IMG/VR virus record: IMGVR_UViG_3300047560_000512
Location: 1 to 33,613 of that record
DNA length: 33,613 bases
DNA from: a virus
Lineage: Duplodnaviria; Caudoviricetes
Strand: one strand, 5' to 3'
In this document: one piece after another, positions 1-8,482 of the stretch
Layout of the letters: each line of letters starts with the position of its first letter
How positions within the stretch are numbered: the first letter of the stretch is position 1
Notes under the pieces: generated by a model
Told to the model about the DNA's origin: nothing
What the model saw: only the letters and a program-made list of their open reading frames with translations
Database searches by the model: none
Translations under genes and position numbers: made by a program

Positions 1-63
1 CGCTTACACAAGGTAATTTTGTCGTGCCTTTCCTTTGCGCTTAGGGAATTCCCCTGCGCTTCG

Positions 64-97
64 CTACCGCGTTGGAATGACCGTTCCTTGTCTTTTT
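64..97. repeat. 34-bp direct repeat, copy 1 (CTACCGCGTTGGAATGACCGTTCCTTGTCTTTTT)
   Basis: 32/34 identical to 853..886. Contains a small internal inverted repeat GGAA-TGACCG-TTCC followed by a T-run. Confidence 0.95.
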
Positions 98-125
98 TGT
101 ATTATTCTGTCTTTTTTCTCTGGTC

Positions 126-173
126 AAAAATAAATAAAATAATTTCACACAAAATGTTTCACTCGTGTATAAT
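126..173 (+). promoter_or_regulatory. sigma70-type promoter with A/T-rich UP element
   Basis: TTCACA (144-149), 18-bp spacer, TATAAT (168-173). A-tract at 126-143. Lies upstream of RBS AAGGA and ATG 230. Confidence 0.75.
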
Positions 174-188
174 AGACCTTAGACAGAC

Positions 189-201
189 TTACATAGGGTA
201 A
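189..201. promoter_or_regulatory. TTAC-N5-GTAA palindrome (operator or leader hairpin)
   Basis: TTACATAGGGTAA. Equivalent copies at 990..1002 (TTACATGGGGTAA) and 4..16 (TTACACAAGGTAA). Confidence 0.6.
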
Positions 202-229
202 GCGAGTCTATTAACGTAAAGGAAATAAA

Positions 230-787
230 ATGATAAGTACATCAAAAGATGCAGGCAAGTTATTTGCTAAAAGTGAAACCGATGCAGATGAGTCGCTCGA
301 ATGTTTTGCTCGCATACTAGGCGACACGCCTACCTATGAACACTTTGAGACATGCCGAATCGACTGGTTGAACGGGTACTGTGAGATCAAGCCGAATGCA
401 AAAGGCGCAAGTGCAGATGTCGCTTTTAGTCGCTGTAAGGATAGACTAGTAGCAAAATACAATCTGGTTGTACCATCGTCACCGAATAAAGCCGCAACCA
501 AAAAACGTGAAGAGCGAGCGACCAAACAAGCCGATCTGATAGCAAAGTATGAAAACATAGATTCAGATGAGATACACGATAGAATCGAGCAAGTGTATTT
601 AGACCTTGCAAAGAGCCCTAGTAGCAAAATACTAAAAGCGCAATGCAGGGAACTAGAGCAAGTGATTCGAATAAAAGACAAGGAAATAATCGACCAGATA
701 AAAGATGCAAAAGCGACAATAAAAGAAAAACTTGCCGAATGCGATGACATCGGTTTACTAGAGCAAGTTATCGAACTCTTGTCCTAA
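230..787 (+). CDS. hypothetical protein, helical/coiled-coil, paralogue of 1041..1697
   Basis: 185-aa ORF with RBS, own promoter and terminator. Shares FAR-LG-PTYE, W-GYC and AA-KK-ER blocks with the next ORF. Confidence 0.85.
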   Translation: MISTSKDAGKLFAKSETDADESLECFARILGDTPTYEHFETCRIDWLNGYCEIKPNAKGASADVAFSRCKDRLVAKYNLVVPSSPNKAATKKREERATKQADLIAKYENIDSDEIHDRIEQVYLDLAKSPSSKILKAQCRELEQVIRIKDKEIIDQIKDAKATIKEKLAECDDIGLLEQVIELLS

Positions 788-798
788 CCACCAAACCT

Positions 799-826
799 AA
801 ACCCTCAAAACATCGAGGGTTTTTTT
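799..826 (+). terminator. intrinsic terminator
   Basis: AAACCCTC-loop-GAGGGTTT followed by a T-run, just after stop 787. Confidence 0.85.
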
Positions 827-852
827 ACGTCCAGACTTTTTAAGTTTTTTCC

Positions 853-886
853 CTACCACGTTGGAATGACCGTTCCCTGTCTTTTT
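853..886. repeat. 34-bp direct repeat, copy 2
   Basis: CTACCACGTTGGAATGACCGTTCCCTGTCTTTTT, 2 mismatches to 64..97. Confidence 0.95.
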
Positions 887-926
887 GATAACGTTTTGTC
901 TGGGTTGCTAGGGAAAGTGTCGCATG

Positions 927-975
927 AAAATAAAATAAAATATTTCTTTTCTTTTCTTTTGGTTTTTGATAGAAT
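927..975 (+). promoter_or_regulatory. extended -10 promoter with UP element
   Basis: TG-A-TAGAAT at 967-975. A-tract AAAATAAAATAAAATATTTC (927-946) matches the one in cassette 1. Confidence 0.65.
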
Positions 976-989
976 GTAGTCTGACTTAA

Positions 990-1002
990 TTACATGGGGT
1001 AA
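990..1002. promoter_or_regulatory. TTAC-N5-GTAA palindrome within a longer hairpin
   Basis: GACTTA-A-TTAC-ATGGG-GTAA-A-TAAGTC. Nearly the same offset from the -10 as in cassette 1. Confidence 0.6.
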
Positions 1003-1040
1003 ATAAGTCTTGTAAGTTAATTAACTAAGGAGAAGCAAAA

Positions 1041-1697
1041 ATGGAAAAGAAATTACAAGCAGCACCGACCGCAATTGCTAACGCTATTCAAGAAGCGTTG
1101 CCGTTGTCAGCAACCCAGTCAGACCAAGCCTTCAATTGTGGCTCTCAGGCTAGCAAGCTAAACTTCTCGACTGTAGAGAACGCTAGTAATTTTGCTCGTA
1201 ACGTACTTGGTACAGAACCAACGTACGAACAATGGGAATATGCTCGCAAGCAGTGGGTTGCAGGCTATTGTGACCAAAACCCACAAAACACTGGGGAAGC
1301 AGCTGACAAAGCTTGGTTTACTTTCGCTAATCAATTGAATGCATTGTTCGGGCTCGAGAAGCCTAAGTCAACGTCAGTCGCAGCTGAGAAGAAAGCAGCT
1401 GAGAGAGAAAAGAAAGCAGCTGAATTACTAGCCAAGCATAAAGATATGACAATCGCTGACTTGAATAAGCAGATTGAATTAGCGTATCAAACACTAGCCA
1501 AGAAGCCTAGCGATAAAGAAGCTAAGAAGAAGGCTAATGAATTGGAGAAGGTAATCAAGGTAAAGCAATCAGCTGAGAACAAAGCGCATGGTGAAGTATT
1601 GAAAGCCTTGCGCGATGAAGTCAATAGCGAAACTAAGATATGCATTGACACTAAGTGTCTTGGAGAAGTATTAGAAGTATTCAGTAAGTATCAGTAA
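1041..1697 (+). CDS. hypothetical protein, Lys/Ala-rich coiled-coil, paralogue of 230..787
   Basis: 218-aa ORF with strong RBS TAAGGAG. Visibly colinear with ORF 230..787. Confidence 0.9.
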   Translation: MEKKLQAAPTAIANAIQEALPLSATQSDQAFNCGSQASKLNFSTVENASNFARNVLGTEPTYEQWEYARKQWVAGYCDQNPQNTGEAADKAWFTFANQLNALFGLEKPKSTSVAAEKKAAEREKKAAELLAKHKDMTIADLNKQIELAYQTLAKKPSDKEAKKKANELEKVIKVKQSAENKAHGEVLKALRDEVNSETKICIDTKCLGEVLEVFSKYQ

Positions 1698-1715
1698 GCT
1701 AATCTGCTTCACTTC

Positions 1716-1742
1716 AGCCCACCAATTGGTGGGTTTTTTTTT
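1716..1742 (+). terminator. intrinsic terminator
   Basis: AGCCCACC-AATT-GGTGGGTT followed by a long T-run. Confidence 0.9.
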
Positions 1743-1751
1743 CGGCTATAC

Positions 1752-1890
1752 CAGCAACCCTACCTATACCCCACCAGCCCAAATACATAAAATCCCCTAC
1801 CACTACATGTACACCATGATTCACGCATTAGATGAGCAACTTTGGAAACCCCCCCATACCTTTTCAAAATGACAACCCCCCACCCCCTAT
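1752..1890. other. C-run-rich, strand-skewed non-coding tract
   Basis: C-runs at 1758-60, 1769-72, 1778-80, 1794-97, 1849-55, 1876-81 and 1883-87, with few G. Confidence 0.7.
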
Positions 1891-1938
1891 ATTTTTGTAT
1901 TTTGAAATCGGCGATTTGAACATACAGAAACATACCCC

Positions 1939-1966
1939 TTGCATTTTTAAAAAGATGTTGTATTAT
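1939..1966 (+). promoter_or_regulatory. possible promoter of the packaging/head operon
   Basis: TTGCAT, 16-bp spacer, TATTAT, upstream of ATG 1994. Confidence 0.45.
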
Positions 1967-1993
1967 TCGCCTAGCATTACGAAAGTCATCGAC

Positions 1994-2638
1994 ATGACTA
2001 CACCTATTACACCTACTATGACAAAACCCGTCCCTGACAATTTGTCGGACGAACTAGCTCCTTCATTCCAAGAGAACGCGAGGGTTGCTTCATCTACGGC
2101 TGCGCTAATGGCGGAGTTAGGTATGCCGTTTGAGATGACGGAAGAAGATGAAAAACTTGCTCATGATCTGTTTAAGCAAGTGGATGTAAAAAAGAAACAC
2201 AACACCCCGCACGATTCATTTAATCCCCCCAATTTATATCAAGGTAATGTTGCTTTAAAGCTATCGGCTTTATTGAACGAATACGACCATCGTGTAATCC
2301 TTGACTCAACACAAGCTAGAACCTACATAACAAATAGGCTACTAGAGATCAGCAGCTGCGGCGACGCAAAACAAGAATTACGGGCCATCGAGTTACTCGG
2401 AAAACTTTCTGATGTCGGCGCTTTCGCAGAGAAGTCAGAGATCACAATCACCCACAGAACATCAGATGATTTAAAGAATGTCATCGCAGACAAGATACAG
2501 AAGTTGCTATTACAGCAACAGAGCAAGACTATAGATATTACGCCAGACGATTCGCTAGAACGAGAGCTTGGACTAATAGAAGATGTAGAAGCAACGGATG
2601 TAGATACACACGATACACACGAGGGCGAACCTGAATGA
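1994..2638 (+). CDS. putative terminase small subunit
   Basis: Immediately upstream of and overlapping terL (ATGA). Helical C-terminal half with a RAIELLGK motif seen in TerS-like proteins. Start moved to ATG 1994 because the upstream extension runs through the C-rich tract and promoter. Confidence 0.55.
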   Translation: MTTPITPTMTKPVPDNLSDELAPSFQENARVASSTAALMAELGMPFEMTEEDEKLAHDLFKQVDVKKKHNTPHDSFNPPNLYQGNVALKLSALLNEYDHRVILDSTQARTYITNRLLEISSCGDAKQELRAIELLGKLSDVGAFAEKSEITITHRTSDDLKNVIADKIQKLLLQQQSKTIDITPDDSLERELGLIEDVEATDVDTHDTHEGEPE

Positions 2639-4146
2639 ACGCCCAGCAACTGCAGACACTATTAAAGCTACTTCCTTCGATGACGGAATCCCAGATGCGG
2701 GATTTGTATGTGTCATTAGAGGAACATGACCAACTGGAGAGCAGAGAAAATGCGGCTAATAATTTCATGGATTTTGTACATAAGGTCTGGCCTAACTTTA
2801 TTAATGGAGCACATCATGTCAGGATGGCTAGGGCGTTTGAGCGGGTGGCTAATGGCAAGTGCAAAAGGCTTATTATCAATATGCCGCCGCGACACACAAA
2901 AAGTGAGTTTGCCTCCTATCTCCTCCCAGCATGGTTCCTCGGAAAATACCCGGGCAAAAAAGTTATCCAGACGTCTCACACAGCGGAACTTGCGGTAGGT
3001 TTTGGTCGAAAGGTTCGTAACTTGGTGGACAGCGACGTGTATGGTCAGATATTTCCCGGCGTAGCTCTCCAATCTGATAGTAAAGCAGCAGGACGATGGA
3101 ACACAAACTCCGGTGGTGACTACTTCGCTATTGGTGTGGGCGGTGCTGTTACCGGTAAGGGCGCAGACATCTTAATAATTGATGACCCACACAGTGAACA
3201 AGAGGCTGCACTTGCTGAAGTGAACCCAGAAATCTACGATAAGACGTACGAATGGTATACATCTGGTCCCCGTCAGCGTCTACAACCTGGCGGAGCTATC
3301 GTAATTGTTATGACGCGCTGGTCAAAGAAGGATTTGACTGGGCAAGTATTGAAAAGTGCGGCACAAAGAAGTGGTGAAGAGTGGGAAGTTATCGAATTTC
3401 CTGCTATTTTGCCCTCTGGAAACCCACTTTGGCCTCAATTTTGGTCGTTAGACGAGCTTTCAGCGTTAAAAAACGAGCTTCCTAACCAAAAATGGATGGC
3501 TCAGTACATGCAGCAGCCAACTTCGGACGCTTCTGCGATAGTAAAACGTGAATGGTGGCAGATTTGGGAAGAAGATCGCCCACCTTCGTGTGAATTTGTC
3601 CTGCAATCGTGGGATACTGCGTTTGAAAAAACAAACAGGGCTGACTATTCAGCATGTACAACGTGGGGAGTGTTCTATAAGCCTGATGATGCTGGTATTA
3701 CACAAGCAAACATCATTCTTTTGAACGCTTTTAGGCAGCGGATGGAGTTCCCGCTACTAAAGAAGAAAGCAATAGAAGAGTTTAAAGAGTGGGACCCTGA
3801 TAGTATTATCATAGAAAAGAAGGCTTCTGGTGCCCCACTAATCTATGAAATGAGGGCGATGGGTATACCTGTACAAGAGTTCACCCCATCAAAAGGTAAC
3901 GATAAGATTAGCCGTCTTAATGCCGTGTCAGACATATTTGCGTCAGGCAGAGTATGGATTCCCGGTACTAATTGGGCGGAAGAAGTAGTGGATGAGGTAG
4001 CTTCGTTTCCCGGCGGAGAGCATGACGACTATGTTGACTCTGTGTCTATGGCGTTAATGCGGTTTAGAAAAGGTGGGTATATACGTACCAACTTAGATGA
4101 GCCGGAAGAAGTTAAAGAGTTTAGACGTAGAAGGGAATATTACTAA
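2635..4146 (+). CDS. terL: terminase large subunit
   Basis: Walker A-like NMPPRHTKS, Walker B LIIDDP, coupling motif VMTRW, RNase H-like nuclease motifs SWDTA, IEKKASG and HDDYVDS. Confidence 0.95.
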   Translation: MNAQQLQTLLKLLPSMTESQMRDLYVSLEEHDQLESRENAANNFMDFVHKVWPNFINGAHHVRMARAFERVANGKCKRLIINMPPRHTKSEFASYLLPAWFLGKYPGKKVIQTSHTAELAVGFGRKVRNLVDSDVYGQIFPGVALQSDSKAAGRWNTNSGGDYFAIGVGGAVTGKGADILIIDDPHSEQEAALAEVNPEIYDKTYEWYTSGPRQRLQPGGAIVIVMTRWSKKDLTGQVLKSAAQRSGEEWEVIEFPAILPSGNPLWPQFWSLDELSALKNELPNQKWMAQYMQQPTSDASAIVKREWWQIWEEDRPPSCEFVLQSWDTAFEKTNRADYSACTTWGVFYKPDDAGITQANIILLNAFRQRMEFPLLKKKAIEEFKEWDPDSIIIEKKASGAPLIYEMRAMGIPVQEFTPSKGNDKISRLNAVSDIFASGRVWIPGTNWAEEVVDEVASFPGGEHDDYVDSVSMALMRFRKGGYIRTNLDEPEEVKEFRRRREYY

Positions 4147-4385
4147 TGACTATCATCGAAGCTGTTAAATTCTGGTGGCGGGTTAAAAAAGCTAACCGCA
4201 GACTATTAAAGCAAGCGAAGATGGTAGACAGAGCGCCGCGTGAAATAACCCCAGAAGACGTTGAAGATTGGATTAAAAACAATCCATTTGGCATAACACG
4301 TGAGGAATTAAACGTAAGCCATATGGTGAAAGTAACAGCCCCGTCTGTTGCAACATTTAAGGAATTTGAAAATGGCTATAGATAA
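4146..4385 (+). CDS. hypothetical protein between terL and portal
   Basis: 79-aa ORF coupled to terL by TAATG. Overlaps the portal start by 14 nt. Confidence 0.65.
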   Translation: MTIIEAVKFWWRVKKANRRLLKQAKMVDRAPREITPEDVEDWIKNNPFGITREELNVSHMVKVTAPSVATFKEFENGYR

Positions 4386-6912
4386 ATCACTAAATCAAGC
4401 CCCACTAGGGTTAGGCGCGATGGATCCGCTTATGAAACCAGAGATGGAGCAAGATGATATCGAGATTGAGATAGAAGACCCTGAAAGTGTGTCTATGAAT
4501 ATGGATGGCATGGAGATTGAACTTGAGCCAACCAAAGAAACTACAGACGACTTCAACGCTAACTTAGCCGAGTATATAGACGATGAAGTTCTGGATACTT
4601 TGGCAGGGGACTTGATCGGTGAGATTGATGAAGACATCAGTAGCCGTAAAGACTGGATGCAAACTTATGTAGATGGCCTAGAGTTATTAGGCATGCGTCT
4701 AGAAGAGCGAAGCGAACCTTGGGAAGGAGCTTGCGGTGTATATCATCCCCTTCTATCAGAAACTCTTGTTAAGTTTCAGTCAGAGACAATCATGGAGACC
4801 TTTCCAGCCGCGGGTCCCGTTAAAACGCAGATTATTGGCAAAGAAACTCCTGAGAAACGCAAGGCGGCGGAGCGTGTAAGAGATGACATGAACTATCAGC
4901 TCACCGACGTTATGAAAGAGTATCGTCCTGAGCATGAGCGTATGTTATGGGGCTTGGGCTTATCTGGTAATGCGTTTAAAAAGGTGTACTTTGACCCAGC
5001 GTTAGACCGCCAAGTATCTATATTTATCCCTGCGGAAGACGTAATTGTTCCTTATGGCGCAAGTAATTTAGAGTCTGCAGAACGTGTAACACACGTAATG
5101 CGTAAGACTAAGAACGAACTGCGTAGACTACAAGTAGCAGGTTTCTATCGTGATATTGATCTGCCTGAACCTACTAATACATTAGATGACGTAGAGAAAA
5201 AGATAGCTGAAAAGATGGGCTTTAGAGCTACATCTGATGATCGCTATAAGCTATACGAGACCCAAGTTTTCTTGGACTTGGAAGGCTATGAAGATAAAGA
5301 TGAAGATGGTAAACCCACGGGTATAGCACTGCCATATATCGTTACTATTGATAAGTCTTCGATGCAAATCTTGGCTATCCGTCGTAACTGGGAACCTGAT
5401 GATGAAGGCTGTCAGAAGCGTAATCACATGGTTCACTACGGCTATATTCCTGGTTTTGGTTTCTATTGCTTTGGTTTAATCCACTTAATCGGTGCGTATG
5501 CAAAGAGCGGTACATCTATTCTTCGTCAATTAGTTGACGCAGGTACATTAGCTAACTTGCCGGGTGGTTTGAAATCAAAAGGTATGCGTACTAAAGGTGA
5601 CGATACTCCTATCGCACCGGGTGAATGGCGTGATGTTGATGTGGCGTCTGGCACCATACGTGACAATATTCTTCCACTTCCATACAAAGAACCAAGCCAA
5701 GTATTGTCTGGCTTGATGGATAAGATCATTGATGAAGGCCGTCGTTTCGCAAGTGCTGCTGACTTACAAGTTAGTGACATGAGCGCAAACAGCCCAGTTG
5801 GTACAACGCTAGCTATCTTAGAGCGTACGCTGAAAATTATGTCAGCTGTACAAGCGCGTATCCACTATGCAATGAAGGAAGAGTTCCGCTTATTAAAGCG
5901 CATCATTGCCGACTACACACCAGAAGAATATAGCTACGACCCAATGGAAGGTTCACGTCGTGCTAAGAAATCTGACTACGACAATGTAGAAGTTATTCCA
6001 GTATCTGACCCTAATGCGGCGACTATGTCGCAGAAGGTTGTGCAGTATCAAGCCGTCATGCAGATGGCACAACAAAACCCACAAATCTACGATCAAGTAG
6101 AACTTAACCGGCAGATGTTAGAAGTGCTTGGCATTAAGAACATAGGTAAGTTGATACCAAGCGCAGAAGATCAGAAGCCAAAAGACCCTGTGTCCGAGAA
6201 CATGGCGGTCTTAAACAACAAGCCTGTAAAAGCATTCGTGTACCAAGATCACGAAGCACATATCGCTGTTCATACTGCAGCAATGCAAGACCCGAAGATT
6301 GCACAGATAGTTGGCCAAAACCCACAAGCACAAGTGATGATGGCAGCAATGATGGCGCATATCAACGAGCACGTAGCATTCCAGTATCGCAAAGATATCG
6401 AGGAGCAATTGGGCATACCACTGCCGAAGATGGACGAGGAAATGGAGCCAGAGATGGAACAAGAAATTTCCCGTGCAATGGCAATGGCAGCGCAAAAACT
6501 GCTACAAAAAGATCAGATGGATATGCAGCAAAAGCAAGCTCAGCAAGCAGCTCAAGACCCAGTCTTACAGATGCAACAGCAAGAGCTACAACTAAAAGCG
6601 CAAGAAGTTCAACTCAAAGAGAAGAAACTGCAGATAGACGCAGCGGCAAAAGCAGACCAGATACGCATAGAAGAAGCGCGTATCGCGGCACAAAAAGAGA
6701 TTGCAGGCATGCAAGTCGGAGCAAAAGCTCAGAAAGACAAGCTAGATATGCACTCTAAACAAGAGTTAGAAGGTCTACGCATAGGCGCAGAAATCTCAAG
6801 AAATCGCGCACAGATGTCGTTACAAGACCGTCAATCAATGCGACAAGCACAGTTGCAACGTGAACTAGCTGATAGAGCTAAACAGGAGAAGCCTAAGAAG
6901 AAAGGTGAATAA
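4372..6912 (+). CDS. portal protein with long Gln-rich coiled-coil C-terminus
   Basis: Position after terL, ~846 aa, acidic N-terminus, Q/A/M-rich helical tail resembling the P22 portal barrel. Start ATG 4372 (MAIDK) preceded by AAGGA. Confidence 0.88.
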   Translation: MAIDKSLNQAPLGLGAMDPLMKPEMEQDDIEIEIEDPESVSMNMDGMEIELEPTKETTDDFNANLAEYIDDEVLDTLAGDLIGEIDEDISSRKDWMQTYVDGLELLGMRLEERSEPWEGACGVYHPLLSETLVKFQSETIMETFPAAGPVKTQIIGKETPEKRKAAERVRDDMNYQLTDVMKEYRPEHERMLWGLGLSGNAFKKVYFDPALDRQVSIFIPAEDVIVPYGASNLESAERVTHVMRKTKNELRRLQVAGFYRDIDLPEPTNTLDDVEKKIAEKMGFRATSDDRYKLYETQVFLDLEGYEDKDEDGKPTGIALPYIVTIDKSSMQILAIRRNWEPDDEGCQKRNHMVHYGYIPGFGFYCFGLIHLIGAYAKSGTSILRQLVDAGTLANLPGGLKSKGMRTKGDDTPIAPGEWRDVDVASGTIRDNILPLPYKEPSQVLSGLMDKIIDEGRRFASAADLQVSDMSANSPVGTTLAILERTLKIMSAVQARIHYAMKEEFRLLKRIIADYTPEEYSYDPMEGSRRAKKSDYDNVEVIPVSDPNAATMSQKVVQYQAVMQMAQQNPQIYDQVELNRQMLEVLGIKNIGKLIPSAEDQKPKDPVSENMAVLNNKPVKAFVYQDHEAHIAVHTAAMQDPKIAQIVGQNPQAQVMMAAMMAHINEHVAFQYRKDIEEQLGIPLPKMDEEMEPEMEQEISRAMAMAAQKLLQKDQMDMQQKQAQQAAQDPVLQMQQQELQLKAQEVQLKEKKLQIDAAAKADQIRIEEARIAAQKEIAGMQVGAKAQKDKLDMHSKQELEGLRIGAEISRNRAQMSLQDRQSMRQAQLQRELADRAKQEKPKKKGE

Positions 6913-7106
6913 TGGACAGAGCATTAGAGATTATCAAGAACCAGATAAACGAGAAACAAGCACAAGTAGCGCATGCTATGAGTGAAGGTGCTGCAAAAGA
7001 TTACGCAGAGTATCGCGCAATGTGCGGGGAAATTAGAGGTCTTTCCATCGCAGAAGGATACATACTTGACCTTGCAAACCAAATGGAGCGACACGACGAT
7101 GAGTGA
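6912..7106 (+). CDS. small hypothetical protein downstream of portal
   Basis: 64 aa, TAATG-coupled, contains DYAEYRAMCGEIRGL. Confidence 0.8.
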   Translation: MDRALEIIKNQINEKQAQVAHAMSEGAAKDYAEYRAMCGEIRGLSIAEGYILDLANQMERHDDE

Positions 7107-7503
7107 AAACTTAATCATTGCGACATCAACCGGTGAAACATCGGAATTGCCGCAAACTGCAGAAGAAAAAGGTAAGCAACTTCCAGAACCAGTTGGGTAT
7201 CACATTCTGGTAGCACTACCTGAAGCTGAGGAAAAGTACGACAGCGGGATTCTTAAAGCTGACCAGACTAGACATTACGAAGAGGTACTGGCAACAGTAT
7301 TTTTTGTAGTCAAAATTGGTCCAGATGCGTACAAAGATAAGGATAAATTTCCTACCGGCCCTTGGTGTAAAGAAGGTGATTTTGTTCTTGCTCGCCCAAA
7401 CAGCGGTACACGTTTGAAAATTCACGGACGCGAGTTCCGACTATTAAACGACGACACCATTGAGGCTGTTGTTGACGATCCACGCGGCATTAGCCGTGCA
7501 TAA
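7099..7503 (+). CDS. groES: GroES/Cpn10-like co-chaperonin
   Basis: PVGYHILV, mobile-loop SGIL, VVKIGP, KEGDFVL and GREFRLLNDDTIEAVV follow the Cpn10 pattern. Start ATG 7099 with GGAG RBS. Confidence 0.88.
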   Translation: MSENLIIATSTGETSELPQTAEEKGKQLPEPVGYHILVALPEAEEKYDSGILKADQTRHYEEVLATVFFVVKIGPDAYKDKDKFPTGPWCKEGDFVLARPNSGTRLKIHGREFRLLNDDTIEAVVDDPRGISRA

Positions 7504-7513
7504 GGGGGTAGAT

Positions 7514-8482
7514 ATGGCAGATATTGAAAAAGTAGAATTTGAGTTCCCCGATGAAGTAGAAGCCAAAGAAGGCGGTAAAGTCGAGGCTAAAAACAACGTC
7601 GAGGATGTAGATTTTGACGTTATTGACGACACGCCTGAAGAGGATCGTGGTCGTGAGCCATTGCCGAAAGAGGTAGTGGATGAACTAGACAAAGACGAGT
7701 TAGAAGACTATTCTGAAAAAGTTAAGAAAAAGCTAATTCAGATGAAGAAAGTCTGGCACGATGAGCGCCGTGAGAAAGAACGGGTTCAGCGTGAGCAACA
7801 GGAAGCTATTGCGTACGCGCAACGCATCCTAAAAGAGAACGAAAAGCTGAAATCTAGGCTGTCTGCGGGAGAGAAAACCTTCCTAGATACGTATAAAGGC
7901 GCTGCAGAATTAGAGTTAGACGCAGCTAAAAAAGCGTATAAAGATGCCTATGACAACGGCGATTCTGATAGATTAGTAGAAGCACAACAAAAGATTGCCG
8001 ACGCTAACTATAAACTTCGTAAAGCGGAAGAATATGTACCCTCTTTACAAGATGATAAATATAGTGTACAAAGTGAACCTGAAGCACAAGTGTCTCGCCC
8101 TGACCCAAGAGCTACTGCGTGGCAACAGCGCAATACATGGTTCGGTCAGGACGAGGAGATGACCAGCCTAGCACTTGGACTACATCAAAAATTGGTCAAA
8201 GAGCATGGGGAAAATTATCCCTCAACAAATGAATACTGGGAAAAAGTCGATAGCACTATGCGTCGCAGATTCCCAGACTACTTCCAAGATGAAACGTCTG
8301 AAGCGGGAACTAAACCTGCTGGACGTACCGAAAGAGCCGCCACGGTAGTTGCTCCTGCGACCCGTAGCACCGCTTCAAAGAAAGTCGTGCTCAAGCAGTC
8401 AGAATTGGCTATTGCTAAAAAACTGGGGGTATCCCCTGAGCGCTACGCCCGTGAAAAACTTTTAACAAATGGAGGCCAATAA
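7514..8482 (+). CDS. putative capsid scaffolding protein
   Basis: Acidic N-terminus, long coiled coil, C-terminal IAKKLGVSPERYA helix. Lies between portal and capsid. RBS AAGGGGG before ATG 7514. Confidence 0.7.
   Translation: MADIEKVEFEFPDEVEAKEGGKVEAKNNVEDVDFDVIDDTPEEDRGREPLPKEVVDELDKDELEDYSEKVKKKLIQMKKVWHDERREKERVQREQQEAIAYAQRILKENEKLKSRLSAGEKTFLDTYKGAAELELDAAKKAYKDAYDNGDSDRLVEAQQKIADANYKLRKAEEYVPSLQDDKYSVQSEPEAQVSRPDPRATAWQQRNTWFGQDEEMTSLALGLHQKLVKEHGENYPSTNEYWEKVDSTMRRRFPDYFQDETSEAGTKPAGRTERAATVVAPATRSTASKKVVLKQSELAIAKKLGVSPERYAREKLLTNGGQ

Noticed and set aside
19-201. 60-aa ORF in the track
   Set aside because: TTG start without an RBS, and it runs across the repeat, promoter and palindrome.
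64-886. 34-bp repeat as a CRISPR array
   Set aside because: Only two copies, 789 bp apart with a whole gene between them. No spacer-sized intervals and no cas genes.
1832-1993. N-terminal extension of the terS-like ORF
   Set aside because: Pro-rich translation of the C-run tract that overlaps a likely promoter. ATG 1994 is preferred.
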